This document shows, in pieces, positions 23,756-37,151 of a DNA stretch of 64,000 nt (its first letter is position 1; every line of letters begins with the position of its first letter). A model generated the notes under the pieces. That model was given only the letters and a program-made list of their open reading frames with translations. It had not been told where the DNA came from and made no database searches. This DNA comes from Pecten maximus (lineage: Eukaryota), in NCBI RefSeq assembly GCF_902652985.1, contig NC_047015.1, forward strand, positions 38,812,001 to 38,876,000. The letters are read 5' to 3'. Position numbers and translations under genes: made by a program.

Positions 23756-25016
23756 ACTCTACCAAACATGAAACATACATACTGTTTATACAATTGTGAA
23801 TTGCCTTGGCCAAAGAGTGCTCGACAGGTCAAAATCCGAGAAGTATCTCTGGATAAGTAGACTTTAAAGACAAGTATGGCTTAAGGTATGTTTGACATGT
23901 ACAGCCACACAATCAATAGGCTTAGGGCTGATTTGATATACATCTTGTGTATTTTATCCGTTATTGCATGCGGGGTTATTAATTATAAATGTTAGATATA
24001 ATTCTATCACACTCATTAACTTGACGATATTTTCGGTAACGTAAGGGTACCCAAAAAGGACACTTAACATGTATAATGAAGCCCTTTTATTTTGAAATAC
24101 ATCTTAATCAAAACTATTAAAAATTTAATTAATACAGTTTCATGGCACTGGGCATTAGCTGATTTGCCAACATTATTTAAAAAAAAATCATATTAAATTA
24201 TACAACAGTATTGATACAAGGTCTACACAAGGAAAAGCAACAACAGTATATGATATGACAAAAAATATATAACTTTTAAAAGACTTGTCACTCTTATTGA
24301 ACTTTATAAAACATAGATGCTCTAAGAGTTTTGAGGATTGCCCCACCACTTAGCCTGTCTTTTATTCATATCATAATAAATGTATAGAATACATGTATAA
24401 TTAGAACCTAACAGTTATATTATGTCGAGGATTCTCTGTATGTAAATATTACATAATTAAATATTATAAGGAATATTTGATTGCTATTAAAACAATCTAA
24501 CGGGGTATCTAACGTTTAAAAAAAACCTCAAGCATAGTCTAATACATTTTTATTTACCTAACAAATGTTTTACTGTTAGTCTGTTATCTGCTTGGCCGTG
24601 TCGTTGATAATTGATTTGTAAGTAATCTCCTTCACCGAATTATGATAATGGAAGTTGTACAGAACAAAAATATCGCACCTCCGAAGGCCGATCTTAGGTC
24701 AAGTCTCGGCAAACTTGCTCGCAACTGTATGAACTTCTTCATTGTTGTCGCAACCGTTCGAAAAACTCACATCTTTTATATTCGTGACCTAACAGTAATT
24801 CTCCATATATTTTGTTTATCCATTCACTGTCTACGTTTGGTACGAGACCCGTAACCTATAGTTAAAATATCCGCCAACAGCTTCAAATGCAAACCAATGT
24901 TGTTTACAGTCACGAGACGGGGCTGTGCTTGCACACATGTATACAAAGTGTGTAGAGACGACTTGCTCATTTGCATATAAATTGTATGGTTATACGGTTA
25001 AGACCCCCCTTATAAT

Positions 25017-27160
25017 TAATTAAAAAACGAATGGAAAACATAAACTACATACCCAAGAGTAAATCGTCTGGGGATCAGAAACATAAAGTACCATTGAAAA
25101 AATCCATTCTTCAGAAAATCAACAAGAAACACCGGGCATGGCAACGGTTTATGGAAACCAGAAGTGAAAGCAAACACAAAGAATATGCAAAAATAAGAAA
25201 TCAACTTAAATGGGAAATAAGAAAGACCTGGAGGGAAATGGAACGAAGCAGAGCAAAGAATATCAAATCAAACCCAAAACGATTTTGGAATTATGTTAAC
25301 TCAACGAGAAAAGTGAGAACAGGGATATCCGACCTCATGGGACTAAACGGAGATGATCAACACATGGCAGTCAAGGACAGCGATAAAGCCGAGGTCTTAG
25401 CTAAGTTTTTCAGCAGTGTTTTTACGAAAGAACCATCTGGAGACCTACCGGAATTTAATACTAGAGCTGTAAATCACCCTTTTGAGGAGATAATTTGTAA
25501 TCCATTAGTCGTTGAAAAGATTTTAGCAAATTTAAATGAAAATAAATCGCAGGGGCCAGACAAAATTCACCCGAAAGTTCTTAAGGAATTGAAACATTTT
25601 ATCAGTACACCCTTAGCCGAGATTTTCAACCGGTCATTGGAAGATGGAAAACTACCTCAAGAATGGAAAGAAGCTAACATCACTGCCATATACAAGAAAG
25701 GATCGAAGTCGGACCCAGGAAATTATAGACCTGTCAGCCTCACAAGTATTGTTGTAAAGACCCTAGAGAAGTTAGTTAGAAACAGTATAGTTAATCACAT
25801 GGATAAGAATAATCTTTTAAGCTCTAAACAATTTGGATTTATCTCAGGGCGATCAACCCAACTTCAGTTGTTGAATGTTTTAGAAGATTGGACTGCAATT
25901 ATAGATAATGGCGGAGAAATAGATGTAATTTATATGGATTTTATGAAGGCATTTGATAAAGTCCCGCATAAACGCCTCTTAAAGAAATTGATAGGATATG
26001 GCGTAAGCCAAAATTAGTAAATTGGATAGAGGATTACTTGAGTAATAGATGTCAGCGTGTTATTGTTAATGGTGAGATGTCAAAAACATACCCCGTAATC
26101 AGCGGCATCCCGCAAGGCAGTGTACTGGGCCCAATCTTATTTGTAGTATATATGAACGATCTTCCTGAAATACTAACATCTTCGTCGCCGCTATTTGCAG
26201 ATGACACAAAGTTATACAGACGGATTAGGAATGAGGAAGATGTGAGAATCCTCCAGGAGGACCTGGATAAACTCCAAATTTGGTCGAACAAATGGTTACT
26301 CAAATTCCACCCCAACAAATGTAAAGTAATATCAATAAAAGCTTCCAAGAAAAGACATTACTATATGAATGGACAGGAAGGAGAGAGGATTCAGCTGGAA
26401 AACATCACACACGAAAAGGACATTGGGGTTACCATCGATGAGGACCTGAATTCCAAAAAAATCACCTGCATAACATTGTAAACAAAGCGAACAGCATAAT
26501 TGGACTAATACGAAGATCGTTTGTATATCTTGATGAGTCAATGTTCAAGTTATTATTTAAAGCTCTCGTCAGACCACACCTGGAATACGCAGCAAGTGTA
26601 TGGAACCCATATCGAGTAGCAGATATCGACCTGATCAAGAACGTTCAAAGAAGGGCATCAAAACTTATTCCGTAACTCAAAAACCTTACATATGAGGAAC
26701 GTCTAGAGAGACTAAATCTTCCAACTTTACAACATCGGAGAACTAGAGGGGACATTATCAATGTTTTTAAAATAGTTAAAAAACTTTATGATTATAGAGT
26801 AACTGAGAACTTTTTCCCAATGGACAGTTCTAGTAGGACGAGAGGTCACTCTGAGATAATTTTTAAGAAACGTAATCTAGAATTAAGAAAGAATTCTTCA
26901 GTAACAGAATAATAGATGTATGGAATAATTTGCCGCAACACATTATAGATGCAGATACTGTATACAACTTTGAAGTAATGCTAGATAAACACTGGAAAAA
27001 TATTCATTTTAAAGTTTAACATTTTAGATATATTAAGGAAACATAGCAATTGATATACTGGAAATCAATCATTTATTTATTTTATGTACATATATTGTTG
27101 ATATGGATATAGAAGCTTCCAGCCTGCATCCATTAATTATCCTAATAAATCCTAATAAAT
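25017..27160 (+). mobile_element. 5'-truncated CR1/L2-group LINE with disrupted reverse transcriptase ORF2
   Basis: NPKRFWNY, KSQGPDKIHP, NYRPVSLTS, YMDFMKAFDKVPH, SGIPQGSVLGP, LFADDTK, LVRPHLEYA, RTRGH; in-frame stops at 26015 and later frameshifts; 3' tail (CCTAATAAAT)x2. Confidence 0.95.
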
Positions 27161-27884
27161 AAACTTGTATCAATATATGACCAAGGATAGTTCATAAGGA
27201 GAACTGAGGTACCCTTTCATGAAACAGGTTGTGAAATGATTAGTAAACAAACTTGACTAAATTGTCTCTTTAATCTACTGACTGTATGTCCTGCCAGGCT
27301 TGCTTTTGTTCATTAATGAACAAAATAGTGTTGTATTGAAAGTTTTCATATAATAAAAATGGCCATTTATATTAATATAAAACCATATAAACTATCTAAT
27401 TTGAGCCTTTTCACAGAAACCCCAAAAAAACCTGGCACGGCATAGATAAACACTAGCTAAGACAATGATACAGTATTATTGTAATTGTTTCACAAAAAGA
27501 TTTTTTAGATAAACCCTCTGAATTCTTTAGTTTTACATTACACACAAAATATGTGCATATGTAAGTTAACCAGACATAGATATAAGTGTGTGGCTAACCC
27601 GTGTAGACTTATTCCAGGTACGTGTGTCTTGACACAGACGACCAAATTACTTGTGCACGTGTGTTGCCATTCAACCAAAGGTTCGTAGGCTATTCAACTT
27701 TTCTCAAATTTCATACAAATGTTTTTTCCCAATTACTGGTCAACACCAATCATTTATTGATATCATCAAGTTGGCATAAATAAAATAATTATATACTCTT
27801 TTAGGATTTCGTTATTATATTTGATGACATTGAATATTTATTATTTATGCTGGCATAATATGGGGAGTACAAAAGCTATGATCC

Positions 27885-28048
27885 AGCTTAACGTCTTATT
27901 AACTGCTAAGGTCTTTTAAGAATGGTCTCCCCTGTGTGTGAGCCCCTGTGTGTGAGATTCATGCATGCATGTGTTTTTGGAGGTGTGGCATATTTGTGTT
28001 TTTCTCCTTTTGATAGTGTGGAACTGATGCCGACTTTATATAGGCTAC
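27885..28048 (-). mobile_element. SINE 3' part, probably continued at 35118-35590
   Basis: Matches 36690-36845 and shares the TTAACGTCCTATTAACAGC tail of the other SINEs in the window. Confidence 0.6.
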
Positions 28049-28687
28049 GCCAGTGTTAGGCTCTGCTATTGTTGAGTTGTTTCCCTTTGTGGGACTCTCC
28101 TGTATGTTTTCTTGATGTTCTCACTTTGGTTGAGTAAAGATTGCACTGAAGCTGTTAGACGCTCTTCATCTTGTTATACCCTCCTCAACAGGTATACTGG
28201 CATCACCTTGTCCGTCCGTCCGTCTGTCACAAAATTTGTCCGGCAATGCATTCGCTCATTTCTTCATGGATTTCAACTCAAATTTGGTATATAGTTAGAA
28301 GACCATATGAACTTGTGTCCTCTGCAGTGATTTTGGCCTTTTTTAACAGTTATGCCTCTAGCTATGCCCCTTTTTCATACAAAATGTGTCATAATATTGT
28401 CCGGCTATGCATTCACTAAGTTTTTGATGGATTTTCTTGAAACTTTATACAGAGTTGAAGGATGGCATGAAGTTGTGTCTTCAGTAACGGCTTTTTCGAA
28501 AAAAAAACTTTTTACAGAGTTATGCCCCTTTATGTAAAAAATGGTAACTAGCTTGTCCGGCTATGCATTTGCTTTGTTTTCAATGGATTTTACTAAAATT
28601 TTGTATGTAGTTAGAGGACCCTATGAGGCTTAGCTCTATGCAAAGATTTTGCCGAATTACCAGTTCTAATAGTGTTATGCCCCTTTT

Positions 28688-29950
28688 TTAGCTCGCCTGG
28701 TCCGAAGGACCAAGGTGAGCTTATGCCATACCGTTGCGTCCGTCGTCCGTCCGTCCGTCAACAATTGACTTCTTCTTCATAACTACTGATCAGAATTTGA
28801 CCAAATTTGGTCAAAAGCATCCCTATGGGGTGGCAACTAAAAATTGTACAAATGGTGGGACTGACCCCCCAGGGGTCTGAAGGGAGGGGCCAAAAGGGGT
28901 CAATTTGGCTCTATTAATATAAATGACTTCTTCTATGAAACCGAGCAATGGATATTGCTCCAATTTGCCTGGTAGCATCACTATGGGGCAATGATTCAAA
29001 ATTGTACAAATGGTGGGGCTGACCCCCCAGGGGCCTGAGGGGCGGGCCAAAATGGGTCAAGATAGCTATATTGATATTAACAACTTCTTTTCTAAAACCA
29101 AGCAATGGCTATCGCTCATATTTGCCTGGTAGCATCACCTTCGGGTTGTACAAATGACGGGGCCGACCCCCTGGGGGCTGAGGGGCGGGGCCAAAAGGGG
29201 TCAGTTTTGCAGAATTGATATACGGTAAATGACTTCTGCTCTGAAACTATGCAATGGATATCGCTCATATTTGCCTGGTAGCATCCCTATGGGGTGGGGA
29301 TTCAAAATTGTACAAATGGTGGGGCTGACCCCCAAGGGGCCTGAGTGGCGGGGCCAAAATTGGTCAATTTGTTTAAACAACTTCTCTGAAACTAAGCTAT
29401 GGATATTACTCACATTTGTATGGTAGCATGGTTATGGGGTTGGGATTCAAAATTGTACAAATGTTGGGGTTGACCCGGGCCGCCAGGGGGCCAAAAGGGG
29501 TCAATTTGGCTAAATTATTCAACAACTTATTCTCTGAAACTAAGCAATGGATATCGCTCATATTTGACTGGTAGCTGGTAGCATCCTATTGGGGTAGGAA
29601 TTCAAAATTGTATAAAGGAAGGAGCTGACCCCCCAAGGGGCAGAGGGCAGGGTCAAAAGGAGTCAATTAATATAAACAAGATCTTCTCTGAAACTAAGCA
29701 ATGGATATCACTCACATTTGTGTGGTAGCATCCCTATGGGGTCGCGCCAAAAGTCAATTTCATTTCATGGATTAATGCACTTTTTGGCATTTTTAGTATT
29801 AAAATAAAACCAATATACATGTACCCATATAAAATGCTTATATGATATATATTGACATAGCAATACCAGTGACAAATATACTTAAGCATCATTCTTGTTT
29901 CATATCTCATGAAACCAGGTGAGCGATACAGGCCCTCTGGGCCTCTTGTT
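28688..29950 (+). mobile_element. Nested HINE with GC-box tandem repeats
   Basis: 5' TTAGCTCGCC, GGTCCGAAGGACC hairpin, (GTCC)n; ~155-bp repeats; 3' GGTGAGCG..GGCCCTCTGGGCC TCTTGTT. Confidence 0.88.
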
Positions 29951-30092
29951 TGTTACAAGTTTTTCCCGCTATGGATTTATTTTGTTTTTAATGGATTTTC
30001 TTGAAACTTTTTACACAGTTGAAGGACTGCATGCACTTGTGTCTCCAGTAAATGCTTTTTCCGAAAAAATGCTTTTTACATAGTTCTGCCCC

Positions 30093-32685
30093 TTTATTAG
30101 GTCATCTGACCCAAAGGGTCAGGATAACCTATAGTCATCGTGCTTCGTCCGCCGTGCGCCGTGCGCCGTCCGTAAACTTTTTCTTTCAAAACGCTACTCC
30201 TCCTTAACGTTTGAGTGGATTACTTCCAAATTTGGTTTGAAGCATCATTGGGGGAGGGCAATCATATTTTATATAAATGAGGCTGGTCTGACCCCTGGGG
30301 CCAGAGGGGCGGGGCCCCAAAAAGGGAACTTAGGTGAATATTGCTATAAAATCCTACTCCTCCTCTACCCTTGGGTGGATTACAACTAAATTTGGTGTGA
30401 AACATCATTGGGGGAGGGCGGTCATATTTTATATAAATGAAGTTGGTGTGACCCCTGGGGCCTGAGGGGCGGGGCCCCAAAAGGGGAACTTTGATGAAAT
30501 TTTGCTATAAAATCTTACTCCTCCTTAACCCTTTGGTGGATTTCAACCAGATATTGTGTGAAACATCATTTGGGGAGGGTGATCATATTTTATATAAATG
30601 AGGCTGGTTTGACCCCTAGGGCCTGAGGGGCGGGGCCCCAAAAGGGGAACTTTGATGAAATTTTGCTATAAAATCCTACTCCTCCTTAACCCTTTAGTGG
30701 ATTTCAACCAGATATGTTGTGAAACATCATTTGGGGAGGGCGGTCATATTTTATATAAATGAGGCTAGTGTGACCCCTTGGGCCTGAGGGGCGGGGCCCC
30801 AAAAGGGGAACTTTGATGAAATTTTGCTATAAAATCCTACTCCTCCTTAACCCTTTAGTGGATTTCAACCAGATATGTTGTGAAACATCATTTGGGGAGG
30901 GCGGTCATATTATATATAAATGAGGCTAGTGTGACCCCTTGGGCCTGAGGGGCGGGGCCCCAAAAGGGGAACTTTGATGAAATTTTGCTATAAAATCCTA
31001 CTCCTCCTTAACCCTTTAGTGGATTTCAACCAGATATGTTGTGAAACATCATTTGGGGAGGGCGATCATATTTTATATAAATGAGGCTAGTGTGACCCCT
31101 GGGGCCAGAGGTGCGGGGCCCCAAAAGGGCAACTTTGATGAAATTTTGCTTTAAAATACTACTCCTCCAAAATCCAAAAGTAGATTATTACAAAATTTGG
31201 TGTGGAACATCGTTGGAGGAGGACAATCATATTCTATATAAATGAGGCTGGTCTGACCCCTGGGGCCAGAGGGGCTGGGCCCCAAAAGGGGAACTTTGAT
31301 GAAATTTTGCTATAAAATCCTACTCCTCCTTAACCCTTTAGTGGATTTCAACCAGATATGTTGTGAAATATCATTTGGGGAGGGCGGTCATATTTTATAT
31401 AAATGAGGCTAGTGTGACCCCTTGGGCCTGAGGGGCGGGGCCCCAAAAGGGGAACTTTGATGAAATTTTGCTATAAAATCCTACTCCTCCTTAACCCTTT
31501 AGTGGATTTCAACCAGATATGTTGTGAAACATCATTTGGGGAGGGCGGTCATATTATATATAAATGAGGCTAGTGTGACCCCTGGGGCCTGAGGGGCGGG
31601 GCCCCAAAAGGGGAACTTTGATGAAATTTTGCTATAAAATCCTACTCCTCCTTAACCCTTTAGTGGATTTCAACCAGATATGTTGTGAAACATCATTGGG
31701 GGAGGGTGGTCATATTTTGTATAAATGAGGCTGGTGTGACCCCTGGGGCCAGAGGGGCGGGGCTGCAAAAGGGGAACTTTGATGAAATTTTGCTATAAAA
31801 TCCTACTCCTCCTTAACCCTTTGGTGGATTTCAACAAGATATGGTGTGAAACATCATTGGGGGAAGGTGGTCATATTTTATATAAAATAGGCTGGTGTGG
31901 CCCCTGGGGCCAGAAGGGCAGGGCCCCAAAAGGGGAACTTTGATGAAATTTTGCTTTAAAATACTACTACTCCTAACCCCCATGGTGAATTATTACCAAA
32001 TTTGGTGTGAAACATCATTGGAGGAGGACAATCATATTTTATATAAATGAGACTGGTTTGACCCCTAGGGCCAGAGGGGCGGGGCCCCAAACGGGGAACT
32101 TTGGTGAATTTTTGCTAAAAATCCTACTTCTCTCTAATCCTTGGGTGGATTAATTCGAAATATGGTGTGAAACATCCATTGGGAAGGGTGGTCATATTTT
32201 ATATAAACGTGGCTAGTGTGACCTTCTGGTGGATTACAACCTAATTTGATGTGAAACATAAGGTGACGGCAATCATATTTTTTAATGAGACAGGTCTGAC
32301 CCCTGGGGAAAAAAAGATGGGGCAAAAAGGTCTAAGCGCTTAGGTTAAACATTTCTTAAAAATGCAATTCCTCCTTGATGCCTTAATTGATTACAAACAT
32401 ATTTAGTATGAAACATCATTGGGGAAAGGCAATCCTAATTGATATAAATGAGTCTTGTCTGACACATTGGGACAGAGGGGCATGCCCCAAAAATGGGAAC
32501 TTGGCTCAAATTTTGCTTTATGATGCTCTTTCTGGACAAGCTAAATGGATAAAAACCAAATTTGATCTAAAACATAACTGGTTGCGATAAATAATTGATG
32601 GTAATAATGCTGGATTGAGGGGCGTGTCCCTGCTGTAAGTGTAAGTGTTTGTCAGATGACCGTTAAGGCCCATGGGCCTCTTGTT
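30093..32685 (+). mobile_element. Nested HINE with a ~161-bp satellite array (~13 units)
   Basis: 5' TTAGGTCATCTGACCC; 3' TCAGATGACC..GGCCCATGGGCC TCTTGTT; near-identical units with period 161 (30671 to 30832). Confidence 0.92.
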
Positions 32686-33054
32686 TGAAAAATGGTTATA
32701 ATTTTGTCCAGTTATGCATTTCCTCAGTTTTCACAAAATTGGTGTATAGTTAAAAGACCATATGGTGTTGTGATTTTCCCCAAGTAGTCCTTTGAAACAA
32801 AACAAATTATGCCACTTTAGCCCTTTTTAACAGAGTTATGCCCCTTTTCCATACAAAATGTGTCATAATTTTGTCCGGCTATGCATTCACTTAGATTTTG
32901 ATGCATTTTCTTGAAACTTTATACAGAGTTGAAGGATGGCATGAAGTTGTGTTGATTTGGTTATATTACCATAAATAGGCAGCTTCACAAAGTATCCAAA
33001 CCAATCATGGAAAAGCGGGGGGTATACTTCTCGCCCCCTCGGTGACAGCTCTAG

Positions 33055-35117
33055 TTAATATTAGCGTGGTGGCGTGATCTTACATACGCCTCTACAACAG
33101 CGTGACGAGTTGTCAGCGATCTAAGCATAACAGGGCAGCTTAATCTATAGTTGTAATTAAGTGAAATCTTGTATTAATTACCAGTTTGTGAAATTGGAAG
33201 TAACTTTCAACATTCCAAGAAGTGAAAACGAAAGTGTACTATACAAAATTCCATGTATCGACTTGAGTTACTGCATGTGAATCAAAAGTGAAACTCCCCA
33301 TGTACATTGTGTATCATTCCAAGAACTAAGTTTATGTACGATACTGAGTGTATTGAGAGTAGTACTGTTCAACATCAGCTTAACAGTTTCAACAGTCCGT
33401 AATAAAATGGCCACAACTTGCGCCCCAAAGCAATGGCCCCTGACCAAAAACGAAACCATCACTTCATTTGAAGCATGGAGGCAAAATTTACACTATACCC
33501 TCTCACTAGACCCAAACTTCGCTCTTTTCCTCATTGACGGGTCAGTATGGACCAAGAAAAGTATTACCAACCCAACACGTGGTCTCAACAACGATAACGA
33601 GAATGTTCCAGAAGCTTCACGTCGCACAGCTGCTCAGAAAGTTGCCAACCTTGAGCTTATGTTAGGGCAAATTGCAAATTATTTCCCAATTACCTCGCGC
33701 AGCACAATAGTAAAACAGTCAACGTCAATGCAGTCAATTTGGCAAGCGATCCGTACGCATTTCAGATTCCAGTCCACCGGCACGCATTTTCTAGACTTTG
33801 ATACAATCAAACTGGAACCGGGTGAGCGTCCTAAAGACTTATACCAGAGACTAAACAGCTTTATAGAGGACAACCTTCTTCAAACAGAAGACCCATCATG
33901 GTGCAGCTCCCGAGTCTGATGAGGAAGTTTCACCGTCTCTCGAGAACCTATTCACATTGACATGGTTACGGCTTATAAACAAGGATTTGCATCCCTTAGT
34001 TAAACAACGGTATGGTCCAGAGCTGCGCGCTGAAACGTTAGCTAGTCTCAAACCAGAAATCTAACAGTCTTTAGATAGTTTATTAGACGAAATTCATTCT
34101 AATAAAGACGCAAAGGTACTTCGCACTGTCTTCAGACCTAAGGGCCGCACATCGCCTGGCATTTTGACCTCACAGACACAGAGGAGCAATGGCATTACTA
34201 CTGGAAAGGTCTGTCCTCTCTGCAAGCAAGCGGGAAGACCAAGGTTTGACCATTATCTCAGTACTTGTAAATTCTTGCCGTCTGAAGACCAACAATTTAT
34301 GAGCCATGCAAGGCAATTGATTGCTGTGGAGGAAATAGCCTCTGACGTAGAAGATGCTCATTTTGACCATCACGAGAACTTTGATAGTGATGGGCACATA
34401 CCTACGTCCCGGCGTGTGAGTACTAAGCAATCACCAAAGATGAAAGCTTAATTTGGTGTAGTGTGTACGTATTACACTGGACAGTGGCCCTGAAATCAGC
34501 ATGATTAAAGAATCCACAGCAGATCATCTTGGTGTCGACATTCAGCCTACTATCCAAAATGCCTTACAAGCTGACGGCAGTACTCCACTTGAAATTGTTG
34601 GAAAGACACATTTTGAAGTAACTAGGGACAATACTGTGCTTCATATAGAGGCCCTTGTTGTCGATGATCTTGATGTTGACGTCCTTGCCGGTATCCCGTT
34701 TATGTCCAGCAACGACATAAGTATTTGTCCTGTGCGACATGAAATGCTATCTGTGGACTAAAGTCTAAGGACAAGATTGTTTGGACTGATGAGCTGGTAG
34801 AATATTTCCAAGTTGCTCAAGCTAGACTCCTCAATGTGAAAGAGATCGTAATACCACGCAAGAATAATCGAATCTGGATAGTTACCGATGGATCTGTGAG
34901 CAAGTCTGGTATTGGTGCAACTCTATGTGATGTGAGACAAAAGCATTCATCTTGCTTGATTCTTTAGCGCCAAACCTCAAAAACACCAGGTTACATGGCT
35001 CCAGTGTGAAATCAAAGCTTTGTGCATAGCCGCAGCGGTTAAGCATTTCAGTCCTGTTATCATACAGTCGTGTCATGCCGCGTGTGTTTTGACAGAAAGT
35101 AAGCCTTGTGTTCAAGC
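33055..35117 (+). mobile_element. Degenerate Ty3/Gypsy retrotransposon (probable 5' LTR, gag, protease, RNase H; RT core and integrase deleted)
   Basis: gag from ATG 33407 ([23 protein letters not shown]), zinc knuckle CPLC..HYLSTC, protease LDSG (~34476), RNase H-like [34 protein letters not shown]; stops and frameshifts throughout. Candidate LTR 33055-33374 ends TTCAACA. Confidence 0.85.
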
Positions 35118-35443
35118 CTCACTGAAGGATACTGCCGATGACACCCAGCAGGACTACCCACCAGGTCATATTATACTGACAACGGGCGAATCAGTCATCC
35201 TACTCCTAATATGAGGAGAATTAAGCAGGAGTAGAAACTACCATTTTTGAAAGTCAGCCTGTATGTCTTGCCCAGGGGACAGAACCCAATGCCTTCCTCA
35301 GAGGAACAAACCCTCAGCTAAAGGCCAAAAGTGAGGCACTGTCAAGCAAGACATAAGCAAGGAGAAATTTATAAGAAAAGATAAGATGCCAAATTTAGTT
35401 GTCTTTTAGGATCATGCAATGGGGTACGTGCAGCAGGTACAGT

Positions 35444-35567
35444 TGTAGCGGAACTGCCTGGGCTGAAGGCATGTGGCCAGAGTGCTCAAATAGAGTGTCC
35501 ACCTAGAGTTTATTGGTCCTGGATTCGAGTCCTGGTCTGGTCATTGCATTTTTCCTCTCCTATTGCA
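35444..35567 (+). mobile_element. Diverged solo LTR of the tRNA-LTR TRIM type
   Basis: TGTAGCGG start, decayed tRNA (GGCCAGA..GCTCAAATAGAG..GGATTCGAGTCC..TCTGGTC), then TTTTTCCTCTCCTATTGCA; flanks CAGT/CAAT. Confidence 0.75.
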
Positions 35568-36665
35568 CAATTCTTATGCTCTACCTGTATGGACTCAGTG
35601 ATCAAGGGGAAAAGCCACAAATTCTATATTTAGACAGTGTTGGATGACCTGAAGTGAAATGCACACATCTTAAACATCGCCAAAAACTAGGTGAACTAGC
35701 TCTTGACTATAATCCTAAAAAGAAATGTGAAACACAGCCCACCCTTTTGTAAGAAAACACATGTGCGTTCCATCCTTGAATACAGCAGATCCAAAAAGAA
35801 GAAGAAAAAGCAAATAACCTGATTTATCACCAGGACTAAACAAGACAAGGAAGGAGGATGTGTTACACAGATGCTTACCTTGAGGACTTGGAATTACTAA
35901 CACCTTAGGCTTAGTGTACATAACAATGATCAGTGGTTTTCATGTACAAGATGGTTGAGGGAATGTTATCTAACTATATATACCTCCAGATGAACCTCAT
36001 TCAAAGAAATTAATGACTGAAGAGAAGAATATATGAAGCCCAAAACTTCAACAACTATATTGCATTGAATGTTGTAGAAATAAAATATTAGAAATTGAAG
36101 CCCATCACATTACTAACATATGTATGCAACCATGAACAATACAATTTGAGCAAAGTAGCTGACTGTACCCCAACACAATACACTGGAGGTTTTTAAAGGT
36201 TAAACACAATACACTGAAGGTTTTTAAAGGTGCAAATACTTCCGGTTAATGTTCCAGTAGACTATAGACTCAATGCAGCTCAACTGTTGTGCAATATACT
36301 GTTGATATAAATCAGCTGAATATGGGTTGCCAGTCCCAGGTGAAACAAAGCATTCATTCTTGAAATCCGAGATACAATTGTTGTCCACAACCCAGGTTTT
36401 TATAGCTCAAACAAAGACTCTCAATATCCTATATCTAATCCTCTTGAAGTGTTCAACAGCACCAAAATTGCATCTAGTGATAAAGAAAGAAAAAATTTCG
36501 AATAAAAGGTCATGCCTGTACTACGTCTCTATCTAGTGACCTCTTGCTCTCTCTATGTAAGGATTCATGGGGATGCAATTTTTTCGCCCTCACTTCCTGG
36601 ATCTTTAAGGTGTTAGTTCATTAATTCAGTTGTCACTTTAAAGGATCAAGGAAAATATCCAGATA

Positions 36666-36845
36666 GTTTGGTTTGGTTTGGTTTATTTTGTTTAACGTCC
36701 TATTAACAGCTAAGGTCATTTAAGGACGGCCTCCTGGCGTGCGACATGCATGCATGTGGTGAGTGCGTATGTGTGATTTGGAATGCTGCGGTATGTTCGT
36801 GTTAAGTCTCTTTGTGATAGGCCGGAACTTTTGCCGATTTATAGT
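36666..36845 (-). mobile_element. 5'-truncated SINE with (AAACC)n tail
   Basis: Reverse complement of the 3' end of the SINE at 49211-49436. Confidence 0.75.
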
Positions 36846-37151
36846 CCAGATAGAAAGTTGTTTGTAATTATTAAGCATGATAGACTAGATTACACCCTTA
36901 ATTTACTCCCCCAGTTACGCTGTGACTTGCTGTCCTTCTGCACATTGTCTTGTCCAGGCTCTGTCTCCTACATTGTTTGACACTGGAATTTCATAGCATG
37001 GGTTCACTTGGGTAAAGCGATATGTTTATCAAAAGTAGGTCACTCTAACCTAAATTTTGACCTTTGACCTGCATCACAGAAAAAGGTTCTGTGGACTCTT
37101 TATCTCCTACACTACTTGACACTGAAACTTCATACTTGGGACATGGGCTCC

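Larger units (their letters stand above)
28174..33056 (+). mobile_element. HINE-like Helentron element hosting two nested HINEs
   Basis: 5' TTATACCC + (TCCG)n; 3' GGGGGTATAC..hairpin..CTCTAGTT. Its internal unit (AGTTATGCCCCTTT..TTGTCCGGCTATGCATT) occurs at 28230-28685, 29950-30092 and 32686-32950. Confidence 0.8.

Noticed and set aside
33055-35117. Gypsy remnant as the autonomous partner of the tRNA-TRIM
   Set aside because: Termini differ, no Lys PBS is visible and the element is heavily decayed.
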